Below are positions 56,946 through 64,000 of a DNA stretch of 64,000 nucleotides, piece after piece. The position numbers and the translations under genes were made by a program. The stretch is from Candidatus Ligilactobacillus excrementigallinarum (GTDB taxonomy: Bacteria; Bacillota; Bacilli; Lactobacillales; Lactobacillaceae), in contig DXFP01000007.1 in assembly GCA_019114385.1 (NCBI GenBank), positions 2,354 to 66,353 of the forward strand, written 5' to 3'. Position 1 is the stretch's first letter, and each line of letters begins with the position of its first letter. The notes under the pieces were generated by a model, which made no database searches, was not told the origin of the DNA, and was given only the letters and a program-made list of their open reading frames with translations.

Positions 56946-57356
56946 TTACTTATCAAAACTCCAACCTACAATTCCAATTTTAATCAGCATTAACATTTCT
57001 ATTAATGCAATCAGACGAATAAAAATTTTAACTGTTTTATCCGTCACGATTGGATGATCACTATCTAAATATTCATATGTATTATCAATAATTGTCCCTA
57101 CAAATTCTAAAATCATTAATCCAAAAGCCAACCGGAAACCACAAAAATGCTTATAATAAAAAAACAGACTAACAAGAAAAATCATATTAATCACGTTCAT
57201 GAGAATCATCATTCTTCGTGGGCCAATAATTTTCATTGCATCTTCATTTTGCTTTTTGGCATCATAGACCATTTGCATATATTTTCCAGAAAACATTGCT
57301 CCAATGTCAAAACACACTTGAATTATAACCGTAATTTCAAATAAGATTTTTCCCAC
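56946..57356 (-). CDS. Hypothetical small membrane protein (4 predicted TM segments)
   Basis: 136 aa ORF with four hydrophobic stretches. I recognise no family. It sits in a low-coding-density islet next to the decayed Fic locus. Confidence 0.5.
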   Translation of the reverse strand: MGKILFEITVIIQVCFDIGAMFSGKYMQMVYDAKKQNEDAMKIIGPRRMMILMNVINMIFLVSLFFYYKHFCGFRLAFGLMILEFVGTIIDNTYEYLDSDHPIVTDKTVKIFIRLIALIEMLMLIKIGIVGWSFDK

Positions 57357-57471
57357 TTATTATCATTCCTCTTGTCTCTTACTTTATACTAATTATTATT
57401 TCCCAACCACGTGTCTTAATATAGCGGCTTAAAGACTTATTAAAATCCTCCAGTTATAGTTAAATGTTAAT

Positions 57472-58024
57472 TTAATTTACTCTTTTTAAACTTAACTGTT
57501 GTGAAATTTCTTTCATATCTGCCTTATTTAAAGCATCAATCATCTTATCACTATTAGGCGGAAAATCGAGTTTTTGGTGATGATTTAATGCAAGTTTAGT
57601 AATAAAAATTTTTGCTGATCGCCCGTTTCCTTCACGAAAAGGATGAAGAAAGTTCAATCTATCGAGTAAGACAGCATAATCATGGACAGTTGGTTCTTTT
57701 TTTGATTTATTGCATTAATTATTTTATTAACTTCATTGATACCTTCTTTAAGAAAGTTTACTGATAAAAAATCAGTACTTCCTTTAGTTAGGTTACAATC
57801 TCGAATCTCGCCTGCCCATTCATACAACAATGAAAAATCAAATAATGAATTTTTTGTAAGTCTTTGAAGCTTTCAATTTTAATTTCAGAATTCTTTAAAA
57901 TTTTCGCCCCAACGTATGTTGCTCTTCGATATTCAGTCTCAGCCAATTCATCTGAATTAAACTCGTGTAATTTATTCTTTAAGGTACCATCACTATATTC
58001 AAAACGCTGTGTTATTTCGTTCAT
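57472..58024 (-). pseudogene. fic: Fic-domain (AMPylase-type toxin) gene disrupted by two frameshifts
   Basis: The N-terminal frame (MNEITQRFEY...KIHYLIF) shifts at a T5 run near 57835 into ...LYEWAGEIRDCNLTKGSTDF...NAINQK. It shifts again at an A7 run (57677-57683) into ...EPTVHDYAVLLDRLNFLHPFREGNGRSAKIF (Fic motif HPFxEGNGR). Confidence 0.8.
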
Positions 58025-58170
58025 AGCTTATTAATTTCCTCATCTAAAATAACGTCTGATTGTTGCATTTGTTTAATCAAATTTTTTATGTCATTGGCAC
58101 TAGGCCGCCAGTAAGCCAGTTAACTGATGAATTATTTACAATGTTCCCCATGCTTTTCCCAAATCAACAT
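58021..58170 (-). pseudogene. Remnant of a small upstream partner (antitoxin-like) gene with two in-frame stops
   Basis: A 50-codon frame MLIWEKHGEHCK*FIS*LAYWRPSANDIKNLIKQMQQSDVILDEEINKL* whose TGA overlaps the fic ATG (ATGA). The function assignment rests on position only. Confidence 0.4.
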
Positions 58171-58219
58171 GGCATGTGTGCTTGTTAATAAATAACCCCC
58201 AAATCTGAAATTAAGGCAT

Positions 58220-58250
58220 AAAAAAACTAACTGGTAAGGCAGCCAGTTAG
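58220..58250 (-). terminator. Strong intrinsic terminator about 240 nt downstream of the L,D-transpeptidase gene
   Basis: Minus strand CTAACTGG-ctgcctta-CCAGTTAG followed by TTTTTTT. Confidence 0.8.
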
Positions 58251-58491
58251 AAAGTTCGAATGCTTTTTTCTACTTATATTTCCAGAATATTGTTACACCT
58301 TTGCTTGTTGAGTGTGGCATAACTCTTTTTACTTGGTGATTAAATAAGCGCTAATGTAAAAGTTAGTAAACAGTTGCTAATCATTAAGCATATAAAGAGA
58401 AGTCGTAATCCTTAAGCAAGATTGCGCAAGGCTCCATAAAGAAATCTTTTTTATTTCAAAAACTCTCTTTTCGTTTATAGAAGTTTATTTT

Positions 58492-59208
58492 TTAATTTTC
58501 TATTACAACCTTCGTACCTTCCTTAAGATGCTCCATCATCCACTTAGCATCTGGTACTGAAAGGCGGATACAACCATGAGATGCTGGTTCCTTACCCAAT
58601 TTTTCTGCTTCCGGAATATTAAATTTTCCGTCTTCCAAGGTTGGAACCGAATGGAACAAGTATACACCATGGTCTTTCCAAGAAACCCAATACTTAGCTC
58701 CTTCATTTAATGACTGGTTAAAGAACTCATCACCGCGTTCCTTTTGAATATGGAACGTTCCGGTTGGAGTATCACTAACTTTCTTGCCATTTTGATCATG
58801 GTACATTCCACCACTAGAATACATAGTATAAATTACTTTATTTCCAGACATCAGGTATGTACGATTTTTTTTCAGCTTAACCTTTACCCAGAAATCACTT
58901 ACCTTATTCAAATCTGGATAAGGCTTAACTTCTGATGGTTCTTTCCAATTAATTGGTGTCCGCATTATCTGATTCTTTTTAGCACTTGCAGCCTTCTTTG
59001 CAGCTGCTTTTTCAGCGGCCGCATGCTTCTTAGCAACTTCTGCTGCCTGTTTTTGTGCCGCATAAACCTGTGCCGTATGTCCTAATTGATGATAGCCGAA
59101 CAAACCTAAAAGCACAAGCGGCAACAAAATAAAGTCAAACTTTCTAATATGCAATTTTTCCCACTTTAGTTTACGCTGTCTTTCGATTCGCTCACTTCGT
59201 TTTTCCAT
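58492..59208 (-). CDS. L,D-transpeptidase (YkuD domain) with an N-terminal TM anchor and Ala/Lys-rich linker
   Basis: Catalytic SHGCIRL motif near the C-terminus. AAQKQAAEVAKKHAAAEKAAAKKAASAKK linker. Confidence 0.88.
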   Translation of the reverse strand: MEKRSERIERQRKLKWEKLHIRKFDFILLPLVLLGLFGYHQLGHTAQVYAAQKQAAEVAKKHAAAEKAAAKKAASAKKNQIMRTPINWKEPSEVKPYPDLNKVSDFWVKVKLKKNRTYLMSGNKVIYTMYSSGGMYHDQNGKKVSDTPTGTFHIQKERGDEFFNQSLNEGAKYWVSWKDHGVYLFHSVPTLEDGKFNIPEAEKLGKEPASHGCIRLSVPDAKWMMEHLKEGTKVVIEN

Positions 59209-59237
59209 AATTCACCAACTTTGACACTTTAACCTTT

Positions 59238-60200
59238 TTAGATATTATCATTCTTGTTAAACAATGAGTCAACAGATTGGTTATGATAAATTAATGACAA
59301 TGCCTTTGAGAAAATTGGAGCTACAGATACAACACTCAATTTATCAAATTGCTTTTCAGCAGGAATTTGGATTGTATCAGTTACAATCACTTCTTTTAAT
59401 TCCGAATTCTTCAATTCTTCTACTGCATTTCCTGAGAAAATTGGATGAGTTGCCACGCCATAAACTTCAGTTGCACCTGCTTGTTTCAATACGGCAGCAG
59501 CATCCACCATCTTTGCACCCGTGTCAATTAAATCATCAAACACAATACACTTGTGACCTTCAACATCTCCAATTACGCTAGTAGTTTCAGGATCGATACG
59601 ATTTTTATCGCGTTTATCCACAATCGCGATTGGAGCCTTTAATAATTCTGCTAAATTCCGGACATTCTTAACTCCGCTATGATCAGGAGCAACTACTACG
59701 ACATTCTTATCTAAGTTCTTGCTCTTTAAGTAATCAGCTTGTTCATAGATTGCTAGCAAATGATCAACTGGAATATTAAAGAAGCCTTGCAATTGACCAG
59801 CGTGCAAATCAAGAGTAATTACCCGATTAGCACCTGCAAGTGTTAAAAAGTTTGCAATTAACTTTGCTGTAATTGGTTCCCGTGGCCGTGTCTTGTGATC
59901 AGCCCGTGCATAACCATAATATGGAATAACACAGTTAATTGTACCCGCACTGGCACGCCGTAAAGCATCAATCATAACCATTAATTCCATAAAGTTCTCA
60001 TTTACAGGATCAGAAATTGATTGAATTACATATACATCTTTTCCACGTACACTTTGGTCAATATTAATTTGAATTTCACCATCACTAAAATGGTGAACAG
60101 TTGTATCACTTAATTCAACACCTAATCCTTCAGCAATTTTATTTGCCAATTCTGGATTAGAATTCAAAGCAAATAGCTTCATTCCAGCATTGTCTTGCAT
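59238..60200 (-). CDS. prs: Ribose-phosphate pyrophosphokinase
   Basis: DLHAGQLQGFF, VAPDHSG and the PRPP loop CIVFDDLIDTGAKM. Start ATG 60200 follows GGAGGG (11-nt spacing); ATG 60182 is the alternative. Confidence 0.92.
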   Translation of the reverse strand: MQDNAGMKLFALNSNPELANKIAEGLGVELSDTTVHHFSDGEIQINIDQSVRGKDVYVIQSISDPVNENFMELMVMIDALRRASAGTINCVIPYYGYARADHKTRPREPITAKLIANFLTLAGANRVITLDLHAGQLQGFFNIPVDHLLAIYEQADYLKSKNLDKNVVVVAPDHSGVKNVRNLAELLKAPIAIVDKRDKNRIDPETTSVIGDVEGHKCIVFDDLIDTGAKMVDAAAVLKQAGATEVYGVATHPIFSGNAVEELKNSELKEVIVTDTIQIPAEKQFDKLSVVSVAPIFSKALSLIYHNQSVDSLFNKNDNI

Positions 60201-60259
60201 AATCTAAATGTCCCTCCAGCAAAATTTTGTGCAATTATCAAAGATAACATTCTTCTTTA

Positions 60260-60287
60260 ATTTTATGGGATTTTCACGGAATGTCAA
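60260..60287 (-). promoter_or_regulatory. Sigma-A promoter of prs
   Basis: Minus strand TTGACA-N16-TAAAAT, about 60 nt upstream of the start codon. Confidence 0.55.
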
Positions 60288-60316
60288 GGAAGGGAAGAAT
60301 CAATTCTGGCGATTTT

Positions 60317-61033
60317 TTAATATTTTTCAACTTGGGCAATTAAGTCTTGATTTTGATTTAATTGTTCTCTTGTTTTCTTTTCAACCTGATGTTCATCAAA
60401 AATCAAATAACTGCTGGCCAAATCTTTAATCTGTTGATAATAATGAGTTATTAAGATAATTGTCTTTCCGATTTGGTTTAGTTGGCGAAAGACCTTCAAC
60501 ATTTTTTGGCGATTTTCATTTGTAAGTCCAATTAATGGTTCATCAAGCAAAATCACACTAGGATTAAGTGCCAATACACTTGCTAGTGCAACCATTCTTT
60601 TTTCCCCACCAGATAAATGATATGGCACATTATCTTTCAAATCATTTAATCCAAAAATATCCAAGCAGTCATTTACACGTCGTTGAATTTCATTAGGCGG
60701 CAATTGCATTTGTTTCGGGCCAAAGGCAATTTCATCATATACGGTTGAATTAAACAGTTGAATATCAACATTTTGAAATAAAATTCCTACTTGTTGATGG
60801 TATTGTTTTTTTGTATATGATTCACCCAACCAATCATTTAAGTTTCTTCCTTGATAGGTTACCGATCCTTTTTTAGGAGTTAAAAAGCCTTCCAACACTT
60901 GAAGCAAAGTACTTTTTCCACTTCCGTTCGGTCCCATCAAACATAGAAATTCACCCTCTTCTACAGAAAATGAAATATCTTCAAAGACTTTTTTCTTTCC
61001 AAAAGAGAAACCCAAATTTTCGATCTCAAACAT
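60317..61033 (-). CDS. cbiO: ECF/CbiO-type ATPase of the Ni/Co transporter (UreO-like)
   Basis: Walker A GPNGSGKST, signature LSGGEKRM and Walker B ILLDEP. It is the last gene of the ure-linked transporter. Confidence 0.88.
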   Translation of the reverse strand: MFEIENLGFSFGKKKVFEDISFSVEEGEFLCLMGPNGSGKSTLLQVLEGFLTPKKGSVTYQGRNLNDWLGESYTKKQYHQQVGILFQNVDIQLFNSTVYDEIAFGPKQMQLPPNEIQRRVNDCLDIFGLNDLKDNVPYHLSGGEKRMVALASVLALNPSVILLDEPLIGLTNENRQKMLKVFRQLNQIGKTIILITHYYQQIKDLASSYLIFDEHQVEKKTREQLNQNQDLIAQVEKY

Positions 61034-61045
61034 TTTTTCAACTCC

Positions 61046-61822
61046 CTAAACTAAAATTACTGCAATTAATATTACACATTCAATTCCAATCAAGAGATAA
61101 TCTGTTTGATTTAACTTATGAATCATATACTCATATTTTCCGGAAAAAGCTCTTGCTTCTAACGCGTTATACAACTCTTTACCAAACTTAACCATTTCAA
61201 GATATAAATTGCCGAAAATCACACCAAACATTTTAAATTGTCCTTTATCCGGGCCAACTGAACGGGCTTCGATTGCCCTAATCATTTGTAACAACATATT
61301 ACCTAGAACATGCAAATGTTTGATAAAAATATCGACCTGAAAAATAATAAAATCAGGAACATGTAATTGCTTCATTGCAGTTAAAAAATCATATACCGAA
61401 GTCGTTGTTGCATAGGTTATCAACGCTGCAAATACAAACGCCATTTTTAATAGGAAATACCAATTACCATTTCCAAGCAAAATCGCTGGAAAATATAAAA
61501 TAAAATTAAGCCCCAGTAGTACTGAACAGCGTCTAATTATTTTTACAATTACCGGATTACTTTGTCTAATCAATAAAATTCCTTCATATAATCCTGTCAA
61601 CCAAATTACCCATTTGTTATAGCTGTAACATAAAATAAATGTCACTAAAATCACATTTGTTAAGTAGACAACCGGATGAAACCGATGAGCCGTTGAAACC
61701 TTGCTTTCAGTCTGCAGTTTGGCTAATAAATTAGTTAGTACCTGCTTATTTTTAAATAATCCGGCCTTTTTGACTTCTGGTTGATAATCATCCTTTACAT
61801 TCATCCAATCATTTAATTGCAT
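61046..61822 (-). CDS. cbiQ: CbiQ-type transmembrane (T) component (UreQ-like)
   Basis: 258 aa polytopic protein between the CbiM-like and CbiO-like genes, with Ala-Arg motifs in ARAF/ARS loop positions (IEARSVG, LEARAFSG). Confidence 0.75.
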   Translation of the reverse strand: MQLNDWMNVKDDYQPEVKKAGLFKNKQVLTNLLAKLQTESKVSTAHRFHPVVYLTNVILVTFILCYSYNKWVIWLTGLYEGILLIRQSNPVIVKIIRRCSVLLGLNFILYFPAILLGNGNWYFLLKMAFVFAALITYATTTSVYDFLTAMKQLHVPDFIIFQVDIFIKHLHVLGNMLLQMIRAIEARSVGPDKGQFKMFGVIFGNLYLEMVKFGKELYNALEARAFSGKYEYMIHKLNQTDYLLIGIECVILIAVILV

Positions 61823-61834
61823 AAATATTCACTT

Positions 61835-62869
61835 CTATTCTCCATCGATATTTTTACTTGTAAATGCTTCAATTATTTTAGCAATTAAAAGGAAAATTAC
61901 GATTGCACTGATTGCACATAATATATATCCCAAAGCCAGACTTATTCCATGCGACATTCCTGGAATCGTATATCCATCAAATAAAGCATGGTAATGCGAA
62001 CTGTCTTTTAATCCTTGCGGCATAATCGTTGGCAAATGATATTTCTTAAGTTGTGTCAAAATTTGTACTCCACTCCATTCACCCCATGCCGGTGATGAAG
62101 CAATTAGGCCTAATGGACATAAAATCAATGCAATCACAATAATTGGGACAATTGCTTTCGCCCATTTATGCTTAACTTTTGTAACTTGTGCGTAATCAAG
62201 CGAATTATAAATAGTTTGTGGAGCGACTTTTTTAATATAACTATAAACTCCTAAAGTAATGCCGCCTTCAACTAATCCAATTATTAGATGCACACCTACC
62301 ATCGCCGGAATTGTAACCTTTAATGGATATGGACAATACAACGGATTTCCCATTGCATTCTTAAATAGTATCGGTTGCAATCCTAATTCAACAGCACAAA
62401 CAAATGCTCCTGCAACAATGCCAATATAGCCGCCTGCAAATGCACCAATTTGATCTCCATGTTTCTTAAAGATTTTTTTACATAAAAGAAAAATCCCATA
62501 GCCAACAAATGGCATCACAAAAGCCATATTAAAAGCATTTGCACCAATACATAAAATTCCGCCGTCACCAAATAAGAATGCTTGCAAGACTAACGCAAGC
62601 GAAACCGAAAGGCACGCCGCCCACGGCCCGAGTAAAATCGCAAGTAATACTGAACCAACTGCATGAGCTGTAGTACCTCCAGGAACTGGAACATTGAACA
62701 TCATGATTAAAAATGCTAATGATGCCCCAATCCCTAGCTGAACTAAATTTTCTTTTTTCTTTTGAATTTGAACTTTAACCTTTTTAGCAGAAACATACCA
62801 AACGGGAGCCATCGCAGCAATCATTGTCGCACACGTGGCTGGACTCAGATAATTTTCTGGAATATGCAT
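61835..62869 (-). CDS. cbiM: CbiM/NikM-type metal-binding S component with a C-terminal extension (NikMN-like, UreM-like)
   Basis: The processed N-terminus MHIPENYLSP is the hallmark metal-ligating N-terminus of CbiM/NikM. Start ATG 62869 lies 7 nt after AAAGGAG. Confidence 0.85.
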   Translation of the reverse strand: MHIPENYLSPATCATMIAAMAPVWYVSAKKVKVQIQKKKENLVQLGIGASLAFLIMMFNVPVPGGTTAHAVGSVLLAILLGPWAACLSVSLALVLQAFLFGDGGILCIGANAFNMAFVMPFVGYGIFLLCKKIFKKHGDQIGAFAGGYIGIVAGAFVCAVELGLQPILFKNAMGNPLYCPYPLKVTIPAMVGVHLIIGLVEGGITLGVYSYIKKVAPQTIYNSLDYAQVTKVKHKWAKAIVPIIVIALILCPLGLIASSPAWGEWSGVQILTQLKKYHLPTIMPQGLKDSSHYHALFDGYTIPGMSHGISLALGYILCAISAIVIFLLIAKIIEAFTSKNIDGE

Positions 62870-62890
62870 AATCAAGCTCCTTTCTTTTAA

Positions 62891-63742
62891 TTACGCCCAA
62901 AGCGATGCATCTTTTCTTAAATCTAATGCAGGTGAATCAAATAGTTTTTGCCGTAAATAATTAGCAGCTTCATAAATTTTTTGTTGATTTGCACTGATAC
63001 TTTCACCAAGAACACGTAATACTAATCCTGGTCCTTCTAATTTTGAAATTCCCCAGTTGCAATGTTTATCTTTGCTTAATTGTTGTTGCATCGTATGAAC
63101 AAAATCTTCGTCAATTTTTTCATTTACCGCAATTAAGCTGCTATAATTACGATAATTTTCATACATCCCCAATTCATTTAAATCAAAGTTTTGAGGATCC
63201 AAAATCATATTGTCTGAATACATCAGCTTACCCTCATAGAGAAGTTTAGTATCCATATGCACATAGTCATATTTAAAATCAGAGCCATCCGGAGCCCAAC
63301 CTGCAGTGATTCCATCTGAATAAATTAAACTAGCACCTTTTCCTAATTTAATTTCACTAATTTGGTCATAATTAGCATTTTTATAAGGAATTACATTATC
63401 TGGCAAATACTCTAATATGCTATTTTCACCTAATGAAATTTCAAAAAACTGTTTGCTGATTTTCCCATCATCACACTTATATACATAAGTTGGAGCTTGA
63501 GTCGAAATGATTGCCCTGCTTTCTGGTGCAAGTTGAATTTTAGTTAAATATTCTTCTCCTTGAGTAATTCCACCGCCCATTGTAATTAGAAAATAGCAAA
63601 GTGTATCTTCATTGTTTAAATTCATTCTGGCCGAAATTCTTGATTGTCCGCTATATAATAACTTGTCTGCAATCGAACGCTGATTAAGCGGCTTAATCGC
63701 CAATTCAATATAGCCATCGTATTCATCTGCCGTTTTTTTCAT
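62891..63742 (-). CDS. ureD: Urease accessory protein UreD
   Basis: About 283 aa, immediately downstream of ureG and upstream of the Ni transporter, as in ureABCEFGD-MQO clusters. Start is ambiguous among ATG 63742, ATG 63748 and GTG 63751. Confidence 0.7.
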   Translation of the reverse strand: MKKTADEYDGYIELAIKPLNQRSIADKLLYSGQSRISARMNLNNEDTLCYFLITMGGGITQGEEYLTKIQLAPESRAIISTQAPTYVYKCDDGKISKQFFEISLGENSILEYLPDNVIPYKNANYDQISEIKLGKGASLIYSDGITAGWAPDGSDFKYDYVHMDTKLLYEGKLMYSDNMILDPQNFDLNELGMYENYRNYSSLIAVNEKIDEDFVHTMQQQLSKDKHCNWGISKLEGPGLVLRVLGESISANQQKIYEAANYLRQKLFDSPALDLRKDASLWA

Positions 63743-63751
63743 TATCATCAC

Positions 63752-64000
63752 CTATTTAACATCAACTAATAAACAGTTCTTTTTAATCCAATCTTCAACT
63801 TTTTTCACATGTTCGCCTTTACGCAAATCTGTAAAAATAAAGCTATCGTCATCTCTAAATTTTTCAGTATCAGATTTCATTCGATCAAGATCTGCACCTA
63901 CATATGGAGCAAGATCTGTTTTATTAATGATAAATAAGTCACTCTTGATCATTCCTTGTCCGGCTTTTCTTGGAATTTTTTCACCTTCTGGAACTCCAAT
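63752..64000 (-). CDS. ureG: Urease accessory GTPase UreG; 5' part lies outside the window
   Basis: The frame is open to the window edge: ...[38 protein letters not shown]... This contains the NKxD GTPase motif and the UreG C-terminal pattern. Confidence 0.85.
   Translation of the reverse strand: MGVPEGEKIPRKAGQGMIKSDLFIINKTDLAPYVGADLDRMKSDTEKFRDDDSFIFTDLRKGEHVKKVEDWIKKNCLLVDVK

Noticed and set aside
58260-58491. Possible small RNA between the L,D-transpeptidase stop and the terminator at 58220-58250
   Set aside because: There is no independent promoter or conserved structure that I can see. The stretch contains fragments resembling decayed family-1 and family-2 repeats, so it is more likely a long degenerate 3' UTR.

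Overview
This is an AT-rich chromosomal segment with the gene content of a Lactobacillaceae genome; I cannot assign genus or species by eye. It holds about 50 protein genes, and nearly all have recognisable housekeeping or metabolic functions. These include purine salvage (a guanine-riboswitch-controlled xpt-pbuX operon divergent from guaC), glycolysis and sugar genes (gpmA, galM, galE, a GH36 alpha-galactosidase with a cre site, an orphan PTS EIIC, a ROK fructokinase), peptidases (pepX, pepC, a PepR/PepI-like peptidase) and dtpT. There is a B12-dependent class II ribonucleotide reductase operon (rtpR, DUF4430 lipoprotein, CbrT-like ECF S-component, pduO) with tandem NrdR boxes, and a preQ1-riboswitch-controlled queT operon. 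Also present are crcB1/crcB2, a Ca-type P-type ATPase, cls, a yfhO-srtA pair next to a serine-rich Cna-B LPXTG adhesin, a SEC10/PgrA surface protein, an L,D-transpeptidase and prs. The right edge carries the distal end of a urease cluster (ureG, ureD, Ni/Co ECF-type transporter). I found no rRNA, tRNA, CRISPR array, IS element, integrase or prophage. I also found no large uncharacterised gene cluster that would qualify as a new multi-gene system. The most unusual signals are five. (1) Two related families of nested-hairpin intergenic repeats occur at very high density, about 17 copies or fragments, placed in sense orientation immediately after stop codons and often fused tail-to-tail between convergent genes. 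(2) The queT operon co-transcribes a DUF2829 (Tad2-like) protein that is translationally coupled to an SDR oxidoreductase. (3) The only two G7/C7 homopolymers I could find sit in the promoter spacer of the SEC10/PgrA gene and in the signal-peptide codons of the LPXTG adhesin, which makes both phase-variation candidates. (4) A Fic toxin/antitoxin locus is decayed. (5) A 42-bp tandem repeat encodes the adhesin's serine-rich stalk. All coordinates for non-CDS features were read by eye and may be off by a few nucleotides.
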